From positions 68,989 through 132,988 of the forward strand of contig DAIUAM010000001.1 of NCBI GenBank assembly GCA_036847185.1: DNA of 64,000 bases. The letters run 5' to 3'. The stretch comes from Actinomycetota bacterium (lineage in GTDB: Bacteria > Actinomycetota > UBA4738). Below are positions 28,438 to 37,339 of the stretch, one piece after another (the first letter of the stretch is position 1; each line of letters begins with the position of its first letter). Position numbers and translations under genes: made by a program. The notes below the pieces were generated by a model. It saw only the letters and a program-made list of their open reading frames with translations. It had not been told where the DNA came from and made no database searches.

Positions 28438-29331
28438 TCACGATTCGACGCCGACGTCCGGTGCACCGAGCAGGACCCACACGGCCGCGGCGGCCAGCGT
28501 CTGGGCGGCCATCGAGGCATCCCAGACGGCCAGGACGTCCTGCAGCAGGACCCGGTCGTCGTCGCTGAACCCGCGCGCCTTCAGCGCCGTCCACTGGAGT
28601 TCCACGGGATGCGGGAGCGTGGCGATCCCGGCCAGCACGACCCGCCGGAGCCGCACGGTGGTCTCGTTCCAGGGCCGGGTACCGGGCAACCTGCCCAGCG
28701 ATCCCCACAGCGTGTCGAGCGCGGCGGGCCACCGGGCGAACAGCCGGAGCGGCGTGGGCGGAGCCGGGGTGCCGAACGCTTCAGCCGACTGCTCGAGGAC
28801 GCCGCGGGCATCGTCCGGTGAGGGGTGGAAGGACATCCACCGCTGCCACTCGGGAACCCCTCGGCGGATGGGGGGTTCCTCGCGGCCCGTGCCGGCGATG
28901 CGGTCACGGCGGGCCGCCCGGTACATAGCGTGCACCACCACCTGCACCTTCGGCGCGGCGAGATAGCCGGCCTTTGCCGACTCCTCGATGCGCCGCACTT
29001 CTTCCTCGGCGAGTTCGTCCTGAAGGCCTTTGAGCACCGGAGGGGTGTCGAACCAGGTCCGAACGCTCTCGACGGCCTCGGTCCGGAGCACGCGGGCGAG
29101 CGATAGGAAGCTCTTGCCCACGTTCGGGCGGACGGCGGACCACGCGGCGGTGAAGAACGCCGGGTTCTGGGCGGCGGCCTCGATGGCCGGGTCGAGCCAG
29201 CCCACCCGAAGCGTCTGCCGGATGTCCTCCCGCACGGCTCCGAGCACGGTCGCCTGCTCGTGGAGGACCTGAGGGGACGGACCGCTCACCGGCGACGTGG
29301 CGGTCCGAGGCGAGGGCCCGGGGACGTTCAT
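28438..29331 (-). CDS. Hypothetical protein (about 297 aa; possibly DehI-like)
   Basis: Internal Met (MNVPGPSP) preferred as start. The protein is non-repetitive with mixed composition (LDPAIEAAAQNPAFFTAAWSAVRPNVGKSFLSLARVLRTEAVESV...). I did not recognise a domain with confidence. Confidence 0.4.
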   Translation of the reverse strand: MNVPGPSPRTATSPVSGPSPQVLHEQATVLGAVREDIRQTLRVGWLDPAIEAAAQNPAFFTAAWSAVRPNVGKSFLSLARVLRTEAVESVRTWFDTPPVLKGLQDELAEEEVRRIEESAKAGYLAAPKVQVVVHAMYRAARRDRIAGTGREEPPIRRGVPEWQRWMSFHPSPDDARGVLEQSAEAFGTPAPPTPLRLFARWPAALDTLWGSLGRLPGTRPWNETTVRLRRVVLAGIATLPHPVELQWTALKARGFSDDDRVLLQDVLAVWDASMAAQTLAAAAVWVLLGAPDVGVES

Positions 29332-29493
29332 CCGGTGGCCTGCGTCATGTCGATGGTCCTCGGCACGGCTCGAACCCGCACGTCGTGGGGCATCCGACAT
29401 CGAGCCTAGCAGCCGCGTCGAGGGCCGAAGGCCTGGCCTGCGGAGTCGTGTCGTAGGCGACGGATAGACTCCAGACCGGAGAGGGGGTGCTTC

Positions 29494-30414
29494 GTGGAAC
29501 CCGTCGATCGAGCCTCTCTCCCCCTCGAACGGAGACCGGTGCTGGCCCCGGGATCCAGACCGGCGGGCTCCGGCGTACCGCGAGCCTCGACCTCCCTGTG
29601 GGGCGCGCTCCGGGCTCTGCCGGGGTCAAACGCCCGGGTCGCCGCGACCGGCGAGGTCGTGGTGGCCCTTGGCCGGGCGAGCCCGTCCCTGTACGTGGTC
29701 GAGCGTGGTGCGGTGGCGGTCGGGTGGACAGGTCCCTCTGGGCGCCGGGCACTGATAGGGGTCCTCGGCCCTGGCGAGGTGTTCGGCCACGAGGGATTCC
29801 TGCTCGAACCGCTCACAGGACGGCTGCTGCCGGAGGTCCGGGCGCTCGTGCGGACCGAGCTGGTCCGTGTCCCGGCGGCCGAGGCTTGGTTGGCGGCCGG
29901 CCGGGAACCGGAGGTGGCCCGGATGCTGATCGGCGCGCTGACCCGTCGGTCATCGCGGCTCGAACGCCAGCTGGCCCGGACGCTGACCCTCCCGCTCGCG
30001 GAGCGGCTGCTCGACACGCTGGCAGAGCTGGCCACGATCGCGGGCAGGGAGTCGGCCGGGTGGCGGACGATCGACGTCCCGCTGACCCAGGAAGCGCTCG
30101 CCTCGCTGGTCGGGGTCACGCGGGAGAGTGTGAACCGCGCGTTCCGTGCGCTGGCGAGGAAGGGTCTTCTCCGCAGGAGAGGCCGGCTCTACTCGGTCGC
30201 GGACGGCGTCACCCGCCCGGACGTATCGGCCTCCCTGCGAGGGGAGGGGGTCGATGCCGCGGCCCCACCGGCTTTCGGCCTCCGGGACCGGGCGCGCTTC
30301 GATGCGGAGGCCAGCGCGAACCTCCCTTCCGACGGATCCCCTTCGGGAAGCACGCGGCCCTCCTCCTCGAGCTTAACGAGGTGGGCCAGCACCGACCGAG
30401 CGGCGATGGGATGA
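29494..30414 (+). CDS. Crp/Fnr family transcriptional regulator with long low-complexity C-terminal tail
   Basis: The GTG start is preceded by ggagaggggg. cNMP-binding domain (LYVVERGAVAVG...GPGEVFGHEGFL) and HTH TQEALASLVGVTRESVNRAFRALARKGLL end near 30210. The ORF then continues 70 codons to the first stop at 30414, overlapping the convergent MBL gene. Confidence 0.75.
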   Translation: MEPVDRASLPLERRPVLAPGSRPAGSGVPRASTSLWGALRALPGSNARVAATGEVVVALGRASPSLYVVERGAVAVGWTGPSGRRALIGVLGPGEVFGHEGFLLEPLTGRLLPEVRALVRTELVRVPAAEAWLAAGREPEVARMLIGALTRRSSRLERQLARTLTLPLAERLLDTLAELATIAGRESAGWRTIDVPLTQEALASLVGVTRESVNRAFRALARKGLLRRRGRLYSVADGVTRPDVSASLRGEGVDAAAPPAFGLRDRARFDAEASANLPSDGSPSGSTRPSSSSLTRWASTDRAAMG

Positions 30415-31079
30415 AGCTCTTTCGGGTAGTCGCCGTAGATCGCGGGAACCAGCTCGGCCGGCGTGCGGGGGCCGTTGCCCAGACCCTCCAGCACCTGTCG
30501 TTCGCGCAGCTCGCGGTGGTCGAGGTACTCCTCGAGCTTGGCCGTTCCCTCCCAAACGGCCGGCCCGTGTCCGGGAAGCAGGACGCGGGGTCGGAGCTCC
30601 CGCATGGCTCGAAGGGAGCGGAGGTAGTCGGCCAGGCGGCCCTCCGGAGGATCGATCACGCTCGTTCCCCGCCCCAGCACGGCGTCTCCTGTGAACAGCA
30701 GACCGAGCTCGGGCTGGTGGAAGACCGTGTGGTCGGCCGTGTGTCCCGGGGTGTGGACGGCGTGGAGCCGCGCCTCGCCCGCTCCGAACACCTGGCCGTC
30801 GGTAAGTGGCCGTTCGTCACCTCGCGGAGCGAAGGCGAAGATGGGCGCCCCGCTGGCGGCGGCGAGGGCGCCGGCCGCGGGGGCGTGGTCCGGATGATGG
30901 TGTGTGAGGAGGATGAGGAGCGCCTCGCCCGCTTCCCGCAGGACCTCGCGGACGTGCCCTTCGTCGGGCGGCCCCGGATCGATCACGATGGAGGGGGCAT
31001 CGCCGACGATCCAGGTGTTCGTCCCCTGGAGCGTGTACGGTCCGGCGTTGGGGGCCAGCACGCGACGGATCCTGGGCAT
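30189..31079 (-). CDS. MBL-fold metallo-hydrolase (hydroxyacylglutathione hydrolase-like)
   Basis: THHHPDHAPAAGAL is the HxHxDH motif, and HTPGHTADHTVF and LLPGHGP are also present. The conserved domain ends near 30340. A ~50-codon Ala/Ser/Arg-rich tail runs to the stop at 30189. Confidence 0.8.
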   Translation of the reverse strand: MPRIRRVLAPNAGPYTLQGTNTWIVGDAPSIVIDPGPPDEGHVREVLREAGEALLILLTHHHPDHAPAAGALAAASGAPIFAFAPRGDERPLTDGQVFGAGEARLHAVHTPGHTADHTVFHQPELGLLFTGDAVLGRGTSVIDPPEGRLADYLRSLRAMRELRPRVLLPGHGPAVWEGTAKLEEYLDHRELRERQVLEGLGNGPRTPAELVPAIYGDYPKELHPIAARSVLAHLVKLEEEGRVLPEGDPSEGRFALASASKRARSRRPKAGGAAASTPSPRREADTSGRVTPSATE

Positions 31080-31201
31080 CGGTCAGCCCTCGGCGACCCG
31101 CGGTGGCGAAGGTACGGCCTCCGGCGGCCTGGGGGGATCCGTGGAGAAACTCGGTGATAGCGGCCAGCTGTGCATCCGGGAATGATGGCAGAGTAGGCTG
31201 G

Positions 31202-32296
31202 ATGGACGGCGACGGGGTCTCGCTCGCCGAACGGCTGCGTTCGACCATCGCTTCGGGCGGACCGATCCCTTTCGCCCGGTTCATGGAGGCGGCGCTCTAC
31301 GATCCCGACGAGGGCTTCTACGAGCAGCGCCGGATCGGTGAACGGGCCGACTTCGTGACGAGCCCGCACGTTTCGCCGGCTTTCGGCGAACTCCTCGCGC
31401 GGCAGATCGAGGAGTACCGCGAGCTCCTCGGCGATCCGGCGTCCTTCACCGTGGTCGAAGCCGGTGCCGGCGACGGGACGCTCGCCCGGCAGCTCATGGA
31501 GCGCCTCCCTGAACGAGCCGGACGGCGCGTCAGGTACATCGCGATCGAACGAAGCTCCCACTACCGGGAGCAGCTGCGAGCGATCCCCGGCCTCGAGGTG
31601 GCCGGTTCGCTCCGGTCGTTCGGCAGGATCGAGAGCGGCTGCCTGATCGCCAACGAGGTCCTGGACAACCTCCCCTTCGCCCGGCTGCGCCACGTCGCCA
31701 GGGGATGGGCGGAGCTCTTCGTCGGGATGGACGGCGCCGGGCGGTTCGTACTGGTCGAAGGATCACCGTCGTCCCCTTCGCTGCTGGCCCACCTGCGGCA
31801 CGCCCCGCCTGGGACGGAGGTTGCCGTGTCGCTCGCTGCGTTCGACTTCCTCGACGCACTGGCCTCCCTGTTCAGGCGCGGCTACGCGCTCCTGATCGAC
31901 TATGGCTACCGGGGGGCGAGCGAGCGGGCCACACCCGTCCACGGGTATCGCACCCACACCATCGACCTCGAGGTGCTGGACGCGCCGGGCGCCAGGGACA
32001 TCACCGCGGGGATCGACGTCGATGCCCTCGCCGCGCACGCCCGGGCAAGGGGCCTGGCCGTGTTCGGCCCGGTCACCCAGCGAGACGGCCTCCTGGCCCT
32101 CGGATTCGCCGAGCTCGACGAAGCCGGGCGCCGTCGGCAGGTCGAAGCGATCGACGCCCGGCGCGGTATCGAGAGCGTCCGGATCTTCTCGAACCGGAAC
32201 CGGGCGCGGCAGCTGATCGCGAACGAAGGGCTTGGCGGGTTCTGGTTCCTGGGCCTGGGGATCGGGACCGACGCTCGCCCCCGAGCGTTTCGCTAG
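31202..32296 (+). CDS. SAM-dependent methyltransferase, MidA/NDUFAF7 family (DUF185)
   Basis: ATG 31202 (MDGDGVSLAERL). The protein has FMEAALYDPDEGFY, FVTSPHVSPAFGELLA and the SAM-binding VVEAGAGDGTLA. This matches the MidA family architecture. The upstream 33 codons were rejected. Confidence 0.8.
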   Translation: MDGDGVSLAERLRSTIASGGPIPFARFMEAALYDPDEGFYEQRRIGERADFVTSPHVSPAFGELLARQIEEYRELLGDPASFTVVEAGAGDGTLARQLMERLPERAGRRVRYIAIERSSHYREQLRAIPGLEVAGSLRSFGRIESGCLIANEVLDNLPFARLRHVARGWAELFVGMDGAGRFVLVEGSPSSPSLLAHLRHAPPGTEVAVSLAAFDFLDALASLFRRGYALLIDYGYRGASERATPVHGYRTHTIDLEVLDAPGARDITAGIDVDALAAHARARGLAVFGPVTQRDGLLALGFAELDEAGRRRQVEAIDARRGIESVRIFSNRNRARQLIANEGLGGFWFLGLGIGTDARPRAFR

Positions 32297-32327
32297 CACC
32301 CGCCGGACCGGGGCTGCCGCTCGATCC

Positions 32328-33530
32328 CTACCGGTCGACGTCCCCCACGACGAAGAACACGCTCCCCAGCACGGCGATGAGGTCCGGCACCAGCGCGCCA
32401 GGCAGCAGCGCCGGGATCATCGACACGTTCGAGAACGAAGCGGTTCGCATCTTCATCCGGTAGGGGAACTCCCCGCCGTCACCCACCAGGTAGTACCCCA
32501 TGAGCCCCAGCGGGTTCTCGGTCCGCACGTAGATCTCGCCCTCCGAGGGCTTGATCTTCTTGGGGAGCTTCGGGTTGATGTACTGGCCGGGGGGGAGCTT
32601 GTCCAGGCACTGTTCGATGATCTTGCAGGACTCCCACATCCGCCGGACCAGCACCCACAGCCGGTCGTAGCAGTCGCCGTTCTGGCCGACGGGGACGTCG
32701 AACTCGACCTCGCCGTATTTCTCGTACGGCGCGTCCTTCCGGGCGTCCATCGCCACGCCACTCGCCTGCAGGACCGGACCGGAACACCCGTAGGAGGTGG
32801 CCACCTCGGGCGCCAGCACGCCGATCCCCTTCGTCCGGGCGGCGATGATCTCGTTGCCCATCACCAGGTTGTCGAAGTCGACCAGCTTCTTGCGGACCCA
32901 CGTCAACGTCTCGCCGGCCCGCTTCAGGAACCCCCGGGGAAGATCGTCCTTCAGCCCGCCGACCCGCGCGTACGAGTGGTGCATGCGGGCGCCGGTCGCG
33001 GTCTCCATGAGGTCCTGGATCATCTCCCGCTCGCGGAACGCGTAGAACACCGGCGTCATCGCACCCAGCTCGAGCGGATAGGAGCCGCAGAACATCAGAT
33101 GGTTCAGCAGGCGGTTCCATTCGGCCATCATCGTGCGGATCCACTGGGCCCGCTCCGGGACCTCCACGCCGATCAGGCGCTCGCAGGCGATGACCCACCC
33201 CAGCTCGTTGTTGAAGGCCGAAAGCCAATCGTGCCGGTTCATCAGCACCAGGACCTGGCGGGTGTCCCGGTACTCGACGAGCTTCTCGGCCGCCCGGTGC
33301 ATGTAGCCGATGACCGGTTCTGCCCGGATGATCTTCTCTCCGTCCAGCTCCAGGACCACCCGGAGCACCCCGTGCGTCGATGGGTGCTGCGGCCCGATAT
33401 TGAGGATCATCTCCTCGGCGTGGAGCGGACCTTCAGTGATGATGTCGATGCCGCCACCGCGGAGCATCCATGCGTCGCTGGCGGCCGTGAACGCGGCCTG
33501 CTGGCGAACCAGGTCCTCCCGGGTGTCCAT
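32328..33530 (-). CDS. nuoD: NADH-quinone oxidoreductase subunit D homologue (49-kDa/Nqo4-type), orphan copy
   Basis: The protein reads MILNIGPQHPSTHGVLRVVLELDGEKIIRAEPVIGYMHRAAEKL ... RVGGLKDDLP ... C-terminal. It is full-length NuoD-like. ATG 33530 chosen, with 33605 as an alternative. No other nuo genes flank it. Confidence 0.85.
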   Translation of the reverse strand: MDTREDLVRQQAAFTAASDAWMLRGGGIDIITEGPLHAEEMILNIGPQHPSTHGVLRVVLELDGEKIIRAEPVIGYMHRAAEKLVEYRDTRQVLVLMNRHDWLSAFNNELGWVIACERLIGVEVPERAQWIRTMMAEWNRLLNHLMFCGSYPLELGAMTPVFYAFREREMIQDLMETATGARMHHSYARVGGLKDDLPRGFLKRAGETLTWVRKKLVDFDNLVMGNEIIAARTKGIGVLAPEVATSYGCSGPVLQASGVAMDARKDAPYEKYGEVEFDVPVGQNGDCYDRLWVLVRRMWESCKIIEQCLDKLPPGQYINPKLPKKIKPSEGEIYVRTENPLGLMGYYLVGDGGEFPYRMKMRTASFSNVSMIPALLPGALVPDLIAVLGSVFFVVGDVDR

Positions 33531-33794
33531 CGAAGCCGAAGCGTACCAGAGCACCGCTGTCCGGCTCGTCGCCCGCGAGCGGGACGCGCTACCGTCACCC
33601 GCCATGGACTTCTCGATCCCCCCCGGAGGATCAGGAACTCGTGACCGGCCTCCGCTCGTTCATCGATCGCCAGGTCCGTCCGGTCGAAGATTCCAGCCCG
33701 AGATCCAGCGGCTCGTCATCGCCCGCTCGCTCGGCCTGTAGCCCGGTCGGGTGACCGGTCGGGCCGCTCCGACCGGCTGCTACATTCGCAGCCG

Positions 33795-34100
33795 ATGAGC
33801 ATCCTCTCGTACCTCAAGTTCGACATGACGGAGGACTTCGACCGCGAACGGTTCGAACGGGACCTCCACGACATGTTTGAGCTGGCGCAGCACCAACCGG
33901 GTTTCCAGTGGGCCGAGATGGGTCCGTCGATGACCACGCCGAACGTCTACCTCATCGTGTCGGAGTGGGACGAGGTCGATCAGGTCCGGGCCTGGGAGCA
34001 CGTCGAGGAGCACGAAGGGATCGCCCACGTGTGGGAGCCGCGGTACCGGGAGCCGCTGCTGCATCGCCGGTTCGTCCCCTGGGTGCGACCGCAGCCATGA
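33795..34100 (+). CDS. Antibiotic-biosynthesis-monooxygenase (ABM/Dabb) domain protein
   Basis: 101 aa. YLIVSEWDEVDQVRAWEHVEEH is typical of ABM ferredoxin-like fold proteins. The stop overlaps the selA ATG (ATGA). Confidence 0.6.
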   Translation: MSILSYLKFDMTEDFDRERFERDLHDMFELAQHQPGFQWAEMGPSMTTPNVYLIVSEWDEVDQVRAWEHVEEHEGIAHVWEPRYREPLLHRRFVPWVRPQP

Positions 34101-35470
34101 GCGCGCGCCCGAAGCCCGGGTCGGAGGACCGGCGTCGGGAGCTTCCGTCCGTCGACGCGCTGCTCCGCTCCGGACCCGGACGCAGGGGCCAGCTGAAGTT
34201 CGGCCGGCCGCTCCTCAAGGACGCCCTCAGCCTGACGCTGAAGGAGATCCGCGGCGACGCGACCAACGGTCGGGCGGTCCCCGACACCGAGATCATCCTG
34301 GCCCGGGCCCTCGGGTCCGCGTCGCGCACCTCCTACGGCGTGAGCGCTGTGATCAACGCCACGGGTGTCCTCCTGCACACGGGTCTCGGCCGGGCCCCGC
34401 TCCCCATCCGCGCCGCCGAAGCCGCCGCCCGCGCCGCCGTCGGCTATTCGGACCTGGAGGTGGACCGGGAGACCGGGGAGCGAGGGCGCCGAACCTCTCG
34501 AGCGGAGACCATGGTCCGGGCTCTGACCGGGGCAGAGGACGCGCTGGTGGTGAACAACAACGCCGCCGCGCTCCTGCTCGCCCTGGCCGCACTGGCGACG
34601 AAGAAGGACGTCCTGGTCTCCCGCGGCGAGCTGATCGAGATCGGCGGCGAGTTCCGCCTCCCCGACATCATGGCCGCCTCGGGCGCGCGCCTGGTGGAGG
34701 TCGGCACGACGAACCGGACCCGGGCCGGCGACTACCGCAAGGCGCTCGGCCCGAAGACCGGCTTGATCCTCAAGGTCCATCCCAGCAACTACCGGGTGGT
34801 GGGCTTCACGAACGTCGTCCCCGTGGCAGAGCTGGCCGCGCTGGCCCAGCAGTCGAAGGTACCGCTGCTGTTCGACGTCGGCAGCGGGCTCCTCGACCGC
34901 TACCCGGGGATCCCGAAGGAGGAACCGGCCGTCCGCGAAGCGCTGGACCAAGGCGCCGACCTGGTCTCGTTCTCCGGCGACAAGCTCCTCGGTGGCCCAC
35001 AGGCAGGGATCGTCGCCGGGCGGTCCGGCCTGATCGAACGCCTCCGCCGCCATCCCATGGCACGGGCGGTCCGCGTGGACAAGATGCAGGTCGCCGCGCT
35101 GGAATCGGTGCTCCGTCTGTACGCTACCGGACGTCGCGAGGAGATCCCGCTCTGGCAGTTCCTGGCGAGCCCGCAGGGTCACCTGTTCGAACGAGCCCGG
35201 GCACTGGCGTCCTGCTTCAAGGGGGCGAAGGCGCGTAAAGGCGGGTCGGTCGTCGGCGGCGGCACGTTGCCGGGCTACGTGGTGCCCTCGGCCGAGGTTG
35301 CCATCCCCGTCGCCGATCCGGCGGCCACCGCGGCCCGGCTGCGGAACGGCCGGCCGCCGGTCTTCTGTCGCGCGGACGACGGCCTGCTCGTGTTCGACCT
35401 TCGAACCGTGCCGCCGGAGAGCGACGACCGCCTGGTGCGTGCGGTCCGGTACGCCCTGGGCCAGGCCTGA
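34097..35470 (+). CDS. selA: L-seryl-tRNA(Sec) selenium transferase
   Basis: ATG 34097 (MSARPKPGSEDRRRELPSVDALL). The PLP-dependent SelA core includes VINATGVLLHTGLGRAPL, LVSRGELIEIGGEFRLPDIM and the KVHPSNYRVVGF Lys region. The upstream 63 codons of ORF 33908..35470 were rejected. Confidence 0.9.
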   Translation: MSARPKPGSEDRRRELPSVDALLRSGPGRRGQLKFGRPLLKDALSLTLKEIRGDATNGRAVPDTEIILARALGSASRTSYGVSAVINATGVLLHTGLGRAPLPIRAAEAAARAAVGYSDLEVDRETGERGRRTSRAETMVRALTGAEDALVVNNNAAALLLALAALATKKDVLVSRGELIEIGGEFRLPDIMAASGARLVEVGTTNRTRAGDYRKALGPKTGLILKVHPSNYRVVGFTNVVPVAELAALAQQSKVPLLFDVGSGLLDRYPGIPKEEPAVREALDQGADLVSFSGDKLLGGPQAGIVAGRSGLIERLRRHPMARAVRVDKMQVAALESVLRLYATGRREEIPLWQFLASPQGHLFERARALASCFKGAKARKGGSVVGGGTLPGYVVPSAEVAIPVADPAATAARLRNGRPPVFCRADDGLLVFDLRTVPPESDDRLVRAVRYALGQA

Positions 35471-35481
35471 CCCGCCCGGAG

Positions 35482-37338
35482 ATGGAGCCGGGCGACGCCG
35501 ACCGGACCCTTCGGGTCGTCGCCACGGCCGGGCACGTCGACCACGGCAAGTCGGCCCTGATCCTGAAGCTGACCGGCATCGATCCGGACCGTCTGGCGGA
35601 GGAGAAGCGGCGCGGGCTGACCATCGACCTGGGGTTCGCCTGGGCCACGCTGCCCTCGGGCCAGGAGGTCGGCTTCGTCGACGTCCCCGGCCACGAGCGT
35701 TTCGTCCGGAACATGCTGGCCGGCGTCGGACCCGTCCGGCTGGTGCTGTTCGTCGTGGCCGCCGACGAGGGGTGGAAGCCGCAGTCCGAGGAGCACCTCG
35801 AGATCGTGGACCTGCTGGGCGTGGAAGGCGCCGTCATCGCACTGACCAAGACGGACCTGGTCGACGACGAAACGCTCGCCGCGCGGATCGACCACGTACG
35901 CGGGCGGCTCGCCCATACCGCGCTGGCCGGCGCGCCGATCGTGCCGTGTTCGGCCTTCTCCGGCCAGGGGGTCGACGCGCTCCGCGAAGCCCTCGAAGCG
36001 ATGATCGCCCGCGCACCCGTGCCGGCGAGCGATGGGCGACCGCGCCAGTTCGTGGACCGCGTGTTCACCATCAAGGGCGCGGGTACGGTGGTGACCGGGA
36101 CGCTGACCGGCGGGCCCCTGGCGGTGGGCATGGAGGCCGAAGTCCTCCCGTCCGGGCACCGAGCGCGGATCCGCGGCCTGCAGACCCACAAGCGCTCCCT
36201 GCAGGAAGCGCGGCCGGTGTCGCGTCTGGCCGTCAACCTGGCCGGCACGACGAAGGCCGATCTGGTTCGCGGCGACGCGCTGGTGCTGCCCGGCGACTGG
36301 CGGCCATCCACGACCATCGAGGTGCTGCTGCGTCCGGTTCGAACCCTCGACCATCCGCTCACCTCACGGGGCGCGTTCAAGTTCTACGCTGGCTCGGCCG
36401 AGCGCGACGCGAGGCTTCGGTTCGTGGGAGCCTCCGAGCTGCTCCCCGAGCGGCAGGCGTTCGCCAGGATCCGGCTCTCGTCCTCGGTCGTCCTGGACTT
36501 CAAGGACGCATTCGTCCTTCGCGAGGCCGGACGCCAGCAGACGGTGGCGGGCGGGCTCGTCCTGGACACGGACCCGCCCCTGCGACCGGGAACCAACGCC
36601 ATGGCCCGACTGGAGGCTCGTCTGTCCACGGGGCGCGAGGACCTTCCTGCGCTGCTCGTGGAGGAGCGCGGCCGGCTGCGCACCGCCGACGTCCACGCCC
36701 TCACCGGCTCGACCGCGGGTGCGCGCCCGGCACGCGCACACCAGCTGGGATCCTGGCTGGTCGCCGGCTGGTTCCTCGAATCGGTCACGGTCAGAGTGGT
36801 CGAAGCGCTCCGCGCCCATCATGTGGCGCACCCGCTCAGCCCCGGGGCGGAGGTCTCCGATGTGGTTCGAACCCTTCGCGGCCTGGTCGAGCAGGACCTG
36901 TTCGAAGCGATCCTCGGCCACCTGTCGGCTTCGGGGCTGATCGTTCGCGACCATACGGTCGTCCGCCTCAGCTCGCACCAGCCGTCCACCGCCGGCCGTG
37001 ACGACGCCGGACGGCTGGTGGAAGCGGTCCGCAGCGCCGAGCCCAGCCCGCCCACCGTGAAGGAGCTCGTCGCCGCCGGGTTCGGCCCCGAGCTGATCCG
37101 AGCTGCGTGCGCGGACGGACGCCTGGTCCGGGTCTCACCCGACATCGTGATCTCGCCCGAGCTCATGGCGCGAGCCGAGCGCATCGTCCGAGACCTCGCC
37201 CACCCGCCGGGGATCACGGTGAGCGCGTTCCGCGAAGCGCTGGGCACCAGCCGGAAGTACGCCCTGCCGATCCTCGAGCACTTCGACGCGGGCGGCCTGA
37301 CCCGCCGGCAGGGCGACCTTCGGGTGATGCGGGGCTGA
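35482..37338 (+). CDS. selB: Selenocysteine-specific translation elongation factor
   Basis: The GTPase domain has AGHVDHGKS (G1), DVPGHERF (G3) and LTKTDL (G4). C-terminal winged-helix domains follow. 618 aa. Confidence 0.9.
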   Translation: MEPGDADRTLRVVATAGHVDHGKSALILKLTGIDPDRLAEEKRRGLTIDLGFAWATLPSGQEVGFVDVPGHERFVRNMLAGVGPVRLVLFVVAADEGWKPQSEEHLEIVDLLGVEGAVIALTKTDLVDDETLAARIDHVRGRLAHTALAGAPIVPCSAFSGQGVDALREALEAMIARAPVPASDGRPRQFVDRVFTIKGAGTVVTGTLTGGPLAVGMEAEVLPSGHRARIRGLQTHKRSLQEARPVSRLAVNLAGTTKADLVRGDALVLPGDWRPSTTIEVLLRPVRTLDHPLTSRGAFKFYAGSAERDARLRFVGASELLPERQAFARIRLSSSVVLDFKDAFVLREAGRQQTVAGGLVLDTDPPLRPGTNAMARLEARLSTGREDLPALLVEERGRLRTADVHALTGSTAGARPARAHQLGSWLVAGWFLESVTVRVVEALRAHHVAHPLSPGAEVSDVVRTLRGLVEQDLFEAILGHLSASGLIVRDHTVVRLSSHQPSTAGRDDAGRLVEAVRSAEPSPPTVKELVAAGFGPELIRAACADGRLVRVSPDIVISPELMARAERIVRDLAHPPGITVSAFREALGTSRKYALPILEHFDAGGLTRRQGDLRVMRG

Positions 37339-37339
37339 A

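Noticed and set aside
33908-34096. Upstream extension of selA ORF
   Set aside because: It overlaps the ABM gene in another frame. The ATG at 34097 gives a canonical SelA N-terminus and an ATGA coupling overlap.
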